A DNA stretch of 64,000 nt from Oikopleura dioica (Eukaryota; Animalia; Chordata): positions 5,766,001-5,830,000 of the forward strand of contig OU015567.1 of NCBI GenBank assembly GCA_907165135.1, written 5' to 3'. The notes beneath the pieces were generated by a model. That model was not told the origin of the DNA. It saw only the letters and a program-made list of their open reading frames with translations, and did not search any database. Position 1 is the first letter of the stretch. The number at the start of each line of letters is the position of its first letter. Of this stretch, positions 35,438 to 48,420 are shown piece by piece. Made by a program: the position numbers and the translations under genes.

Positions 35438-36757
35438 TTAAGAAATGAGTTGTCCAGCTTTGGGCATATTTTTCATGGCGACTTCTTCCATCCCAGGAGA
35501 GGTCATTAAATACGCTTTTCGTTCGTAATCGAAAGTTTTTCCAATATCTTTTTCTGAAAGCAAAATTTTAGTCCGAGCATTTTTGGCTTATGAAATGACG
35601 CATTCTGGGCCTGGCCACCTGCGTAAAAACCGACTCAGGGTCCTATGCGGCTTTATAATCGAAGACCCTGACTCAGGTTTCCACACAGGTGTCTTAGTAA
35701 GAAAAGGATCAATCAGGAATTTCAGACTTACTAATTCCAAGCGATTCAGCTCCTCTTTTATAAATCTTTGCCAAATTATCGCACGAAACTTTCTGCCCCA
35801 GTCCGGGTCCACTTCCAGTACAAGCTCTGTCCATCAATCTAATCCCTTCTTTCGGGTCAAACGGGATCCCAAACGCTTCGCCAACCCTTTTATTGAGCAT
35901 CGCCGCGCCGAGAAAGTTGCAGCTCTGGAATTGATGGCTGCACGCTCGTTCGCAGTTTTCCTTGATATTCTGAACCAGCTTTTTTGTGAACGATTTCTCC
36001 AAGTATCGCGGTGGAAATTCTCGCAGAAGTCGGCCAGTGGCGCCGGTTGGAATTGTTCGCCGGATTTTTTGGTTGATCGCGTCGGAGATGGAGAGACAGG
36101 CTTCGGATTTGAAGTCGTGTTGCTGCTTGGAGCTAGAATTTCATTGAAAAAAAACGCCTTTTTCCGTCTTTTACCGAGGATATTCGCCAGCAAAGCAAGA
36201 TTTCTCAAACAGTGTCCAATACTCCGCCACGTCGAGGTCTTTCAAGTCGTTTTTCTTCAACCCTTCGTCGTGAATCATCATTTTCGAAAGATTAAAGCAA
36301 CAACCGGGGGAGCCGTATTTATCGCAGCACGACTTGTACTCGTCTTTTCCGTCCTGGTATCGTTGGCGAAAAGTGATCAGGAAATCGGCGCGTTTTTGGC
36401 AAGCTTCGTAGTCTTTTTCTCTTCAAAAGGGATCAGAAAAGAGAAGCAAAGTAGAGCTTGAAAAAGCGCTCATGTTAAAATTTCAGTTTCCCTTTCCGTA
36501 GCAAAAGTAAGTGTACTGCTGCTCGAGATTGTCGAAAAACTCCTTCCTGGTGCTCTTCGAATTCATCCAGTCCATCGAGGGGTCATTCATTCGCTTGTCC
36601 TGCTGAAAGCCTGTTCCACCGGAGCCACCAACGATGCTTGTCCTAAAGAGGGCCCTCACTCTCAATCCTCTTGATTTCATTACCTGGTCCAGGATTCTTG
36701 AGTGTATTCTTTCCATCTTCCTCCAACTGGAGATTTGTCGCCATCTTCAGACGACAT
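35438..36757 (-). CDS. COA7: COA7-like Sel1-repeat protein, paralog 1
   Basis: KEFFDNLEQQYTYFCYGK..DYEACQKRADFL...SCCDKYGSPGCCFNLS, MDRAC...VSCDNLAKIYKRG; last intron ~35555-35730. Confidence 0.7.
35605..35690. mobile_element. Degenerate intronic copy of the CTGGGCTCGG MITE family
   Basis: CTGGGCCTGGCCACCTGCGTAAAAACCGACTCAGGGTCC...AGACCCTGACTCAGGTTTCCACACAGGT inside the last COA7-like intron. Confidence 0.75.
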
Positions 36758-37067
36758 TCCCGACCTTTCAAGATGTCTAAAGACCATAAGATATTTTAGT
36801 ATTTAAAAATATGGGGTTCAAATAAGCAGTTCATGGGTATCACCGGCCAATGAGGACCTTATTTGCTACTCTCGACCTCCGGGAATGTGGACTACCCTTA
36901 TCACCAAGATCGCTGAGGCCGGAAAAAGAAGCAAGTTTGAAGGAAAAAACTTCACTACTTCGTTCACATCGTGCAAAAGCACGAAATTTCAATCAATGAA
37001 TATCATCAAAGTCTGGACACTTCCTATAAACTAGAATCATAAATTACTGACAGTTCTCTTTAATTAG

Positions 37068-37880
37068 TAGGCTTATTAGATGAAAATTCGGACCATTTTT
37101 ATAAGTTAGTTTAGGGGTTATATGACACAGTTTTGGAAAGCCCAGAAGCTGAGCTTTCATTTGGGCACCATATCAAGGGGTCTGGTTTATGCCCGCAAGG
37201 CAATTCATGAGACCGGAAGTTCCGAAATCGGCACTTGATCTCTTCAATCGAATTTTTCAGTACCGGTAGTCACTCGAAATGTCTCCAGAGTAGGCGCGTT
37301 AGAAAGCCCAGTGTCTGAGCTTTCCAAAACGCTAATAAAATCTAGCTGCCCTGCTACCCAGTGGCCGCTAGGGGCGCTAGAATAGTGAATTTTAAGGATT
37401 TCTAGGAAGAAAACGGGATAATCTTGGTCTCAACCGGTTGGTTTTGTCACTGTTAAACGTCACTTCTGAGATGTTTACGTCTTTATTAACGAATTCAAAC
37501 CTTTAATTTCGACCAAATAAGCAAGTTGTAGTGCAAGAAATCCCATTTACGGTGCAAAATTTGAGTTTCTAGCGCCCCTAGCGGCCACTAGGTAGCAGGG
37601 CAGCTAGATTTTATTAGCGTTTTGGAAAGCTCAGACACTGGGCTTTCTAACGCGCCTACTCTGGAGACATTTCGAGTGACTACCGGTACTGAAAACTCGA
37701 TTGAAGAGATCAAGTGCCGATTTCGGAACTTCCGGTCTCATGAATTGCCTTGCGGGCATAAACCAGACCCCTTGATATGGTGCCCAAATGAAAGCTCAGC
37801 TTCTGGGCTTTCTAAAACTGTGTCATACGACCCCTTAACTAAGTTAGAAAAATGGGCCAAATTTTCATCTTATAAGCCTA
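37068..37880. mobile_element. Foldback / Mutator-like element with ~315-bp TIRs
   Basis: Arms 37068-37382 and 37567-37880 are reverse complements with scattered mismatches; 184-bp spacer; flanking direct repeat TTAATTAG(T) at 37060 and 37881. Confidence 0.9.
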
Positions 37881-37991
37881 TTAATTAGTCTAGTATTTCG
37901 AATGAAAAATAGTGTAATGCCCTGAGGCCGCGAGCGAGAAAGGGATGATTTAGCTGGAACTTCTCACATCTTCGAATCTCAAGAATCTGAG

Positions 37992-40258
37992 ATGAAGACT
38001 TTGCCGCTTATTTTCCCGTTTATACTTGCCCAAATGAATAAGACTGAGAACGAAATAGAAGAGATTTCAGAAGAAGAGGAAGTAACTGAAGCTGGAGTTG
38101 CTAAAAATAATGACACAAGTTCAGAAGAAAATGAAGAAGCCGAAAAGTTCGAAGAAGTCTCGGAAAACTCTACTCAAATTTTGAATCTTCTCGATCCCAA
38201 TTCAACAGAAATCGAAGCACTAGAGCTTGAATCCAATGAAACAGAAATAGAGATAACAGAAGAACCAACAACAACCACTACAACTGTTGTTACAACGACT
38301 ACAACCACCACTACGACCACAACAACGATTAAATTCGGAGAATGCGTTGAAAAATTGGACGAGGAGGGCAATGATATTTGTCTAACAGAAGTCAAAGGTA
38401 TTTTTATTTTTCAAAATAAGAATTCAGAAACAATTCATAACAAATGTTCCGCTATGGAAAATCATAACAGTAGACATACGGAACGCTTATTACACGATCT
38501 CAATTCTAGCTTTCATTTTGGGAAGATTGAGGAAAACCATCTTTCCTTGAGCTTATAAAACGATGGCCAAAGCGCCATCTACGGCAAATAGTACCCTAAA
38601 ATCTCTTGCTGGTCCACCAGGACAAATATTTATTTAGGTCGCAACGGTGAATTCGTGGTTGTCAGCTGCGAGTACAAAGAACTAACCCAAATCCCCTGCG
38701 GAATCTCCCAAAACGTCACCCGCCTAAACCTCGAAAGCAACCGAATCACAGAAATCTTCGCGGGTCAGTTAGAAAACCTCCCGAAAATCGGCGAAATTCA
38801 ATTCGGAAATCAAGCTCTGAGCCGCATCGGCAAAGAAACCTTCAAAAGGATTCCATCGCTGACGAAATTGTCGTTTCAGAGCACTCACGTTGGCGAACTG
38901 AGGCCAGACACATTCCTCGGCTTGGAAAATCTTGTTTCGATAGATTTTCGCTCCTCAAAATTGCAAAAATCCACGATGGTGCGTTTTCGAGCCTATTTAA
39001 TCTGGAGCAAATCGCACTGACCGCGAATGGGATTTCCGAACTGCCGGAAATTATGTTCGAAGATTCGGCAAAATTGAAGATTCTTCTGATGGATTCAAAT
39101 CGAATCGAATCCCTGCAAAATTCAACCTTTTCCGGTTTATTCGAACTTGAGCGGCTTGAATTGCAATCGAACAGTCTCAAATTCCTCCCCGAATTCGGCT
39201 TCCAAGATCTAAAAAGACTCACGAAACTGAAACTCTCGGATAACAAGCTGCAGCAAATTTCGGAAAATGACCTCGCTGGGCTTGAAAATCTGGAAGATTT
39301 GACGATGAACAATAATGAGATCAATTTTGTGCATGAAAACGCGTTTGCTGAGCTCAAGAAATTGAAGTTTTTGGAAATGAACAACAATCAAATTCAAGTT
39401 ATTGAACCGAATTGGTTTTTGAATATTTTTCCGAGGACAACGCAAAGTGCGCAATTTGGATTAAAGTAAGCAAATTTCTTACAACTGGCACTTTCGATAA
39501 CAAATTCTCAATCCTCGCCATCTGCTCTCTCATTGGTCAAGTTCGAAATAACCCAATCAGAGAACAGATGGCGGAGGATGGAAATATTCGTTATCGAAAA
39601 AGTTTTCAGTAAAGATGATTTTTTATTAAATTGTTTAGTGATAATGTTTGGAGCTGTGGCTGCAACTCAACTCGATTCCGCCTGTGGTACGAAATCGACG
39701 AAAACAAAGATCTCTTCACAACGCTAACCAAACTCGAGCACCTTAACTGTTCGTCCCCAGAATACATGACAAACTTCACGATAAACGGGCTAGACTTGAG
39801 TTGGTTTCCAAAGAGCGAAGACGCCCCTTGCCAGGGACCAGAAGCGACAGAATGGGGAAACCAGAATTTAGCGATAAAGCGAAAATCAACAGCTACACTT
39901 CAATGCGGAATCGACGATGGAAACCCGCCGCCGAAGTATCTCTGGACGAAACCGGACAACTCGACCGTCTGGACGAACTCGTCCATTTTGACCATCGAAG
40001 ATCTAAGCGGTAAGCAAGTCTTTGATTTCAAGATAAAAACTGTCGGCCTTAGACTCTGACCGAGGAGACTACGAATGCAAAGGGCTGAACATCGCCGGTG
40101 AACGAACGCAAATGCACAATGTGCGAGTCACATGGGAAGACGCGATCACGGACGAGCTCGGAAACTACATCGGAATTCGGAGCAGAAACTCCAGCGCTTC
40201 CGAATCTGTCCTTTGCGGATTTCTCCTCTACCTCCTCTTCCTTCTTTTCTCTCACTAA
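37992..40258 (+). CDS. LRR-Ig cell-surface protein with Thr-rich stalk and probable GPI signal (apparent -1 frameshift at 38965-38969)
   Basis: Signal peptide; acidic region; poly-Thr; VVSCEYKELTQIP; about 10 LRRs; LRRCT NVWSCGCN...LNCSSPE; Ig ATLQC...YLWTKP...DRGDYEC; hydrophobic C-terminus VLCGFLLYLLFLLFSH*. Confidence 0.85.
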
Positions 40259-40428
40259 CCCACTTTCAGCTGTACAGAATACTTCAAATAAGCTATTGTT
40301 CAACAGTTTTATAAAAAAATATTTATTTACTAAAAATATCAAAAATAGCAGTACAAAAATAAATGATGTTTTAACCGAGAAAAAACGAGCTTTTTCGAGA
40401 GTTGAAGAAGGTTGAACTTTTTTGGAAT

Positions 40429-42943
40429 TTACGAAGTTTCTTGCTCTGCTGACTTCTTTCTTTCAATAGCAGGAATTACTGTTTGAGTCTGACCATTAGC
40501 AGGCTGGAAGACAGACATTCTACTGAAGGAAGAAGACACGTGACCCATCAGCGACTGCCTCTTGGCCTGTTCCGTCGCGGGGAGGTCTCCGGATGAATAC
40601 AGTTTCTCGATGAAGTTGGTCACTTGCTGGAGTCCCTTGTTGAGCTGCGACTCGATTCGCAAAACGCGGGCCACGTGATCCTTGGCGCTCTTTTCCAAGA
40701 CTTGATATTCGCAGGAATGATAGGCGTCCCTGCACTCGTGGTAGCGCCTCGTTTTCGAATGGAACTCGTTTTCCATGGTTATCAACTGGCCAACACACAT
40801 TTTCGAATCGTCGAGGATATTCCGCAGTTCGAAGAAGCCGCTCATCGAGTTCTTGACCGCCATTTCTTTCGCCTGAATCACTTTGTAGCTCTGCGCCAGC
40901 TCGGCATTGCTCATCACCAGGTCGCGCAAAAGGTCGGTCAGCTTTTCCTTCGTTCCCTGGCGATATTCGAGCATCTTGGCGAACTCGACTTCGCGGCGTT
41001 CTTTGTGCGACTTAGCTTCGGCTAAGCGCACTTCCATTTCGTCGAGCGACGCTTTTGAAGGCCGAAGTGCGATTCCACTACTTTGAAGTCTTCTTTCAGC
41101 GACTCGATGTTCTGAAAATGAATGAATAAGGCCATCACTCTATTAACTTTTCTTACCGCTAGAACCTTCTCGCGTTTCTTTTTCAAGTCGATTTGTTCCT
41201 CCTTCAGCTCGGCGACCCGCTGAATCAGCTCTTCCTCGTGCTTCTTCAGTTTTTCAAGCTTCGTGTCGAGATCGATGCAGACCTTTTCCTCCTCGTTGTA
41301 TTGAATTGGAATTTTAGCGAGCTCGGCGGTGAGGCCTTCGATGATTTCTTTGAATTCCGCTGCTTTGTCGACCACTTCTGCCGCCGTTTCTTCGTACAGT
41401 GCTACTGTATGAAGGCGTTGCTCCTGAAATCGATTTTAGAAAAATGAATATGTGAAGCTGCGTTTTACTTCAATGTCGCCGTATTCTTTTGTTTTCTGAG
41501 TTATGTCTTCGCGTAATGATTTTTGATAAGCTTCTGAGTCTGTTTTTGTCTGTTGTAATATATCGGTAAGTCGGATGAATTCTTCTGTATCAGTTCTGAA
41601 AAAGGGAAGGTCAGAGATCAGTTTCAAATTTGTTCTCTTCTATGTCTTCAAAGCCAATATTTCCCCATTTTTTGTCTTTCTTACCTTATTTTCGCTTCAG
41701 TTTCAGCTTTGTTTCTGTTTGCTTCTTCTATGGCGCTTCTGGTCTGATCAATCATCGTGACAAGATTATCTTCTGCACCGATGGCTGCTCTTTCTTTTCT
41801 CTCAATTTGCGTTGCCAGTTCGTTATTATTAGCTGTCAGCGTTTTCGCCTTCGACGCCAATGTTTTGTGTTCCTTTTCCGCGTCTCTCGTGTTTTTACGA
41901 ATTCGCTCGACGTCTTTTTCCATTTTGCTTTTTTGCTTCTCCATCGTCTTCAGCTTCATGCGCACTCCCTCGTTGTGCATTTTGACGACGTCGCGGTCTT
42001 GCTCCAGCCGCGCGATTTCGGAAACGAGAAAGTCGTGGTTTCCAGTGAGCTCGAGAATTTCCGCGTCTGCTTCTTGTTTTCGTCGATCCATGGCGTTTTC
42101 GATCGCTTCTCGCTCAAAATCCAAATTGTACGTTTCTTGGTCGAGTTTTCTGATCCGGACGCGGCACTCCTCGATTTTCCCTTGTTCAACCTTTTCCTTT
42201 GCCTGAAGGATTTCTTCTTCCTTCTTGAGCTGCTCGATTTCGCTGTCTTGATTCGCGATCTTCCCTTTTAAAATGTCGATTTTTGAGGTTAAGTCCCGAT
42301 GAGCAGCTTCCTTTCGTTTTTGCTCGGCGCGGAGGACTTCGAGGTCGTTTTCAGCCACTTCCAAGTTTGCCCGGTTGATTCGGAGCTCGTCCTTGAGCGG
42401 CTTGCTTTTCCGGTCGAACTCGAGCTCCGCTGCTTGGAGTTTCTCGCGAGCGCGGGCGAGATTCACGTCAGTTTCGACTTGATAGGCTTTGATGTCTTGA
42501 ATGAAGGATTCTTCGATGCGCAGCTTTTCCTCGACCAGAGGCATGTGTTTTTGGTTGAACTCGATGTCCGCCTTGATTCGCGAATTGATCGTCTTTGCGT
42601 AGTCGAGGTTGTTCTGCGCGCGTCGGAGCTCGCCCTTTTCCATTCGAAGGTGCCACTCGAGCTCGGCGATGTCCATTGCGAGGATATCGTGCTCGCGCTG
42701 GACTGCGACGGGGAGATTCTTCCATCGCTGAACCGCGAGCTCGTGGATTTCTTGGTTGATCTACGAAAAATTATTTTTAAATTATCAATGAAGCAGTCAA
42801 TATACCTGTGTCGTCGCCATTCTAGCTTCAAGCCTCGCCTTTTGCGCTTGTTGTCGATCATTTTTCAGCGAAGCAATAATCCTCTGCGCCGCTTCTCTCG
42901 TATCTTTGTCCAGCAAGTCGAGGAAATCGTCTATGTCTTCCAT
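40429..42943 (-). CDS. CCDC178: CCDC178-like long coiled-coil protein
   Basis: LPVAVQREHDILAMDIAELEWHL...INSRIKADIEFNQKHMPLVEEK matches the recalled CCDC178 N-terminal region; continuous heptad-rich exons. Confidence 0.65.
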
Positions 42944-43088
42944 CCCGATTCGACCCGATTTCTTGTTCTGAAAGAGCGATTTTTCAACAGTGAGCTTCAA
43001 AAACTGAGATACAAAGGTTTTGGATAAGATACAGAAAAAAAGAGATAATTGTGCTAGAATATGGGTACAGATTTAAAGAAAATAAAAT

Positions 43089-44276
43089 CTAGAGAATGAC
43101 GCAGCAGGAGGAGGAGGAATGCTCACTGTCATCAGGGAAGAATTGCGTGATGGAGATGTTCTGATCTCCTCTCGGCGTGCTCGTGTTGTACGATATTCGG
43201 ATGATCTCGTTGTTGTATTTCGCCTGGAAGTCAATTTCAAGCTGAGTCTTGCCGAAGCAAGCATACCTTGCTGATGATGAAAAAGCGAGGACGAACCCGC
43301 TTGTTTTCTCCAGCAATGTGAACGAACCATTCCTTTATCTGTGAGGGGCAAAGCGAGCCGATCGGAGGCGACCAGAAGTACTCGTCCGTGCGGTCCTTTT
43401 CGTGGTGAACCATCCATCGTTTTGTCTCGCTAGAACAACTGTGATTGGATTAGTTAATAGATCTATCACCTGTCGATCTGTAAATATCTGTATTTGCCTT
43501 TTTCGGCCTTGGACTTGTAATAAGGGTGGCTGTTTCTGAATCCGACAAGTGTGTATTCTCCGTGCAAATGTGGATACCGCGAAGCTCCGCCGACGACGAT
43601 CTCCTTCACCGGGGGTAGGTACTTGATCTCCAGCAATTCGAAAGTTCCCGACTTGCCACGAGTCGCGCATTTCAGACACTTGAAGCGTTCTTTTTTGAAT
43701 TCAGGACAGTGCGTTGTGAAAAGCAGAACTGGATCTTCGAACTGGTCTTTGTATGAAATCTAAAAATACTCTCAAACAATCGCCACGCGAATTAGTTTAC
43801 CTCTAACTTGATCGTCTCCTTCCTCATCGTGATTCGCAAGATAAAGCTCTTAGACATCATGGGCGAGTTGATCCAGCTCTGAACAACGTCTTTTCCTTGA
43901 ATTCGAGGACGAAGGGCGATCAGATATTTTCGATATTTCTTGTCTGTTTCTGCTACCGCGATTTCCCAAAGCTCCGCCTTTTTATCCGGCCCCTCTGCCA
44001 GGCTTAACAATTGTTTAGAAAAAATTAAAAAAATAAATAAAAGCCTTCAAAAAAAGAAGAAAAAAGAACTTACCCCAAAAATATGTCTTCGGCGACGCCA
44101 GTAACTTTAACATCGATGCTCATGATTTCGGGGTACAAATTCTCGGCAAGAATCGTGTATCTGTACTTTGGGTAGGTCTTGACTTCTTGATTCGCGTATT
44201 TTCGCCACTCATCTACTGGAAAGGGCAGTCCTCGATCAACCCAAGTGATCGGAAAGTGTCTCTTTTGCTCTTTCAT
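43089..44276 (-). CDS. Unknown multi-exon protein ending in a CaaX-type motif (SSSSCCVIL*)
   Basis: In-frame exons at 44276-44073, ~44003-43799, ~43765-43555, ~43470-43268 and 43224-43089 separated by short GT-AG introns; start uncertain. Confidence 0.6.
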
Positions 44277-44502
44277 GCTTTTTAATTTGCATCGAATGAG
44301 GCGCTTTCGCTTAAATCATGGAAGACAACAACTTCGATTCTAGAGAATCTGCCACTTTTCCAGGAAATGCTTTCTCTGCCTATTCACTTGCAATTTCCTG
44401 CATTTTCAGCTACATTATGTTTAATTAAAAACAGAGTTTTATTGTGTAAGAAAATAAAAAGAAAGTGGAAAAATATTTTTAAAATGGAAAATTGAAAAAA
44501 TG

Positions 44503-47500
44503 TCAGCTCTTCAGCTTCATTTGGAGATAATCCATTCTCATCGAGACTGATTTCGTGTAGTGATCCTCTTCTCCTAGTTTTTCTTGAAGACGGGTGAGTT
44601 CTAACAATTCGGCGAGGATTTCTTGTTTCTCTTCTTCTGTCAGTTTTGGCGGTGCTGGTGTTGGAGGCGTTGGCTTTGGCTTGGGCGGCGAAGTCGGGCG
44701 GGAGGGAAGACCTGTTGTTGGCTCGTCGAATTCGGGAACGACGTATGGGTCCAGTGGGACATCCAGGTCTATGATCGAAAACAGTTAGTTTTTCGTGGAA
44801 AATGATGAAATACCGAGAGTTATTGCAGGCGTAGTATTACAGGATGTACTCGTTGTTGAAGATCCTCGACAGCTCCATGCATCGCTTTGCTCGCTTCCCC
44901 ATGATTCGTGCCCATTTTCTCCTAAAACAACTATCGTGAAACAAAAAACGCTGAAGGGACTTACTTTCTGGAAGGACTAAAAATGAAGTGATGGGTTTTC
45001 TATCTTGTCCGAATCGCCAACTTCGCTTCTCTTTGTCCATCAAAGGGTCGTCTTCTTCTGGAAAGTCAGGTGAGGACTCGGAGAACATGGGCGAAAACGG
45101 GAATGGAGAGTCTTTTTTGCGCTCTTGTTTCTGTGGCTGGAGAAGATAGAGTTTTGAAGGATCGGGAAGCTTGTTCTTGGTCTCTTCTTTTTCTTGCTTG
45201 TGAAAATTTTCTTTTTCATTCAGCGGACCGTCAAATTGTGGCGCAGAAGTTTCAGGTTTTAGACGGTAAATTGGAAAGGAAGAGTCTGAATCTCCAAAGG
45301 CGTTTGGTCCGAGAAGCTTTGGCTCCGAACTGTTCTCCAGTTCAGCTTGAATTTCTGGAGATTCTTCACGAACAGCTTCATCTCCAGTGAGGATCGAAAC
45401 AAGCTCCTCTTGCAAGAAAAGCGGAATTTTCGGCATCTGAAACAGCCGCTTTTCTAACTCTACGTCTTCGGTAATCGGCAACGCTTCGTAAACTGCTTTG
45501 GAAATGGGAATTTCTGCCCTGGAAGGAGTCAAAAAAGCTTGCAATTCTGAAAGACGAGGGCAGCATTTTGCTCGCCAGCGTTTTATAACGCGTTTTGCGA
45601 GGATGATTTCGCGCTCGGGAAGAACTGCACGAGCCTTTCGAAGCGATGCTTGCTCGATTTTGGAGTTGAGATCTTTGAGCTTGAAAATCCAGTCCCTTTC
45701 AACAGATGTTCTGTATCGAGCAAAAGCTTCGTCGTAAAACGCCTTTTTCGCGTCGCGATTGGCTTTCCAAAACCTCCAGCATTTGAAGGTTTTCCAAATA
45801 AGGCCTTCGTACCAAAATTGAAGAGCAACAGCTGTTTTCTGATTCTCTTCGATTTTTTCTTGATACTTTCTCCTCCATGATTTCAGCGAAAATGTAAGCA
45901 CTCGGAGTTCTTCGAAATTTGTAGCGATCGTCAATTGCTTTTCTCGATTAACTGCTTTCTCGTAGCTGTTTTTGAGCACTGAAAGAATTCGCTTGGTCAG
46001 ATGTTGATGCCTGAATTCTTCAGCTTCGTCACTCATTTTCGAAAACCTCAATCTTTTTCTCCCTCGCTCTTTTAGCTCAAGAAGAAGGTGTGCGAATCGA
46101 TGACGAATTGAAATTTTCGCGATGGCGTCGCGATTTTCATCAAAAATTTCATAAACTCTCTCTTTCGAAGCCCGAGCGAGCTGAAATTTCTTCCTCCAAC
46201 TTGCTAAACTGCCCCTGATCAATTTTCCCTCTCGGATATTTTTCGCGAAAGCAGAATTCTCCCTTTCTTTCTGCTTCTTCTTTTTTGTCACGGTCTTGAA
46301 AGCATTCCATCGACTCAAGCTTTCCGCAAGCTTTTTCTGATCTAATCTCCTTTTGAATTCGATTGCTGCTGCTTTCTTCGCCCGCGATTTGAGAACTTCT
46401 CCAAGCCAAATATCAACCAACTTCTTTTTCATTTCCCCTTCTCGCTTTCTCTGGAAACGGGCGATTTGAGCTTCGAAGAACCAGGAAGAAATGATAGAAC
46501 TGGCCATTTTTGATTTGTAAACATTTCTCGCCCAGATGATCCGCTGCTCTTCTAGCTTTTTTTCTTGATTGAAAGCAAATAGAGCAGAAAAAGCTTGTCT
46601 CTTGAGTTTTGATTCGTAAAATTCCTCCGCTGCGAGGATTCGTTCGTTTTCAGCGAGTTTTTCTTGAAAACGAATTTGCCAAGTTCGAATGACGAATTTT
46701 GTCAATTGAGCATTTTGAAATGAATCAGCTTCTTCGGCTTTTTCTCGCAAGTCTTTGCTTCTGATGCTCCCATTCCAGATCCCATACGAAATTTTGGCCA
46801 GAAGAACATTTGTTCGATAAGTGTACGCTTTTCGCAAAAGCTCGTTGTATTGCATCTTGTGGGAAAAGCGTTCTTGCCAGATCGTGACGAACTTCCCTTT
46901 CAAGTTCAAATTTCGGAAGCCAAGGGCCGTCCCTTCCATCGCCTTGATTTGCTTCTGGCCGAGAATGAAGCTTTGCCAACCGCCCCAGAATTTGAGAATG
47001 AGTTTGGCTTCGTAGAATTTATCAGCGATCGCCAAAGCGGGGAGAATCGCAACGTCTTCTTTTTCTGAAAGTTTGTTTTGCCACTTTTCTAGCGTCAATT
47101 CCAAAGTTTTGTCTTTTCTGAAAAGTTGGGCTTTCAGACAAAGCCGGGTCTTTTTCCGCCAGATTTGAAGACTCGATTCGAGAAGGGCATCATTTTGAAG
47201 CTCTTGAAGAAAATTCAACGATCGACGAAGATTGGTCTTTTTGACCCAGGTCGAAAGAAATTCCCGAAGAACGAGTCGCTTCTCCAAATTATTATTTATC
47301 GCGATGGAGAAAATATAATTTCGGTCTTGCTCTCTGTGTCTTTCTTTTCGCCAAGACTTCAGGTTCTTTTTCACCAGATTTGAATTGATCATTTCATCGA
47401 GTTGAGCTGCTTTCCACCGGAGAATCATTTCTTTTTGAGCTTGAACTTGCCATGAATGGAGGATTTTTTTCTTTCTGGTGGTTTTTAGACGACTTTGGAT

Positions 47501-48356
47501 TGCTTGAACTTTGTTTTTGTCGGAAATGCTTTCGTCGAGCTTGAGCTTCCATTTCAGAAGAGAATATTTGACGCAGTACAGGTCACGTGCTTCTCGCCCG
47601 GTCTTTTAGGGGATGATTATGTGCAAGGGTAACTTCCTTTTATCTCGTCAAAATCACCCGATCCTGAATAAGCAGCAATTTATGCCTCCATTCGAGAACA
47701 GCTGCTCGGACGCAAGAAAGTTCCATGTATTTGTTCGCTTGATACTGTAGTTCTTTTGTTTGTCGACTTTTGAATGCTCCGATGACGATTTGGCCGATCA
47801 CTGTTTTTCGAATATTGTGATGGTGAAACTCTTGGGCCCGTTCTTCCAAGATCTTGAGGTACTTCTGGTAGGCGAGGTAGTCTTCCCAGCGTTCGATGGC
47901 TTGTTTTTGAAGTTGTTTCTGATTGAAGACTTTGGCTTTGAGCTCGAGCTTCCATTCCTTGTTGTTTTCCCACCAGATTGTTTTGTACGCAACGAATGCC
48001 TAAAGATTGTATTATTCATTGAGGATGAGCAATTAAATCGAGACATAATTCGGCCTTGACTCTGTATTTATCACTAGGACTAATTTTTGAAAAACTCAAT
48101 AAAACTGTAACCCGCTTCTCGCAAAAAAGGCTATTGAAAAACGGACCTTTTTCATCAATGATTTTTTTCGAAACTCATCAGCTTTTTCCGGGGTGACGAC
48201 GCGTAGCAAGCTTCCTCCCCAAACTCTCGTTTTCCAGTGAAGAAAAAACTTCCTGGCCAAATGCCGCTTTCGAATCTCCTTCAGCCTGCCTCCTCGATTC
48301 CAAGTGTAGAGCGGATCATACTTTCTCGTCCAGAATTTCGACTTTTTCTTTTTCAT
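44503..48356 (-). CDS. SFI1: SFI1 centrin-binding centrosomal protein
   Basis: LARKFFLHWKTRVWGG..VTPEKADEFRKKSLMKK resembles human SFI1; many Trp-anchored ~23-33-aa repeats in the 863-aa ORF 44837-47428; Pro-rich last exon. Confidence 0.85.
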
Positions 48357-48420
48357 TCTACGTGACTTATTTTCAACTCAGCGTAAAAAATAATGAAGTC
48401 ATCGGCAGTATTAAATTAAA

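Noticed and set aside
35583-36461. 292-aa plus-strand ORF
   Set aside because: Antisense to the COA7-like exons and runs through a MITE; no coherent domain.
36810-37035. Stop-free plus-strand stretch (~75 codons) upstream of the foldback
   Set aside because: No clear start or splice sites and no recognisable motif.
37622-37888. 88-aa ORF in the foldback arm as a possible transposase remnant
   Set aside because: No DDE or zinc-finger motif; it lies wholly within the TIR.
41630-43027. Long plus-strand ORFs (213 aa and 242 aa)
   Set aside because: Antisense shadows of the CCDC178-like coiled-coil exons.
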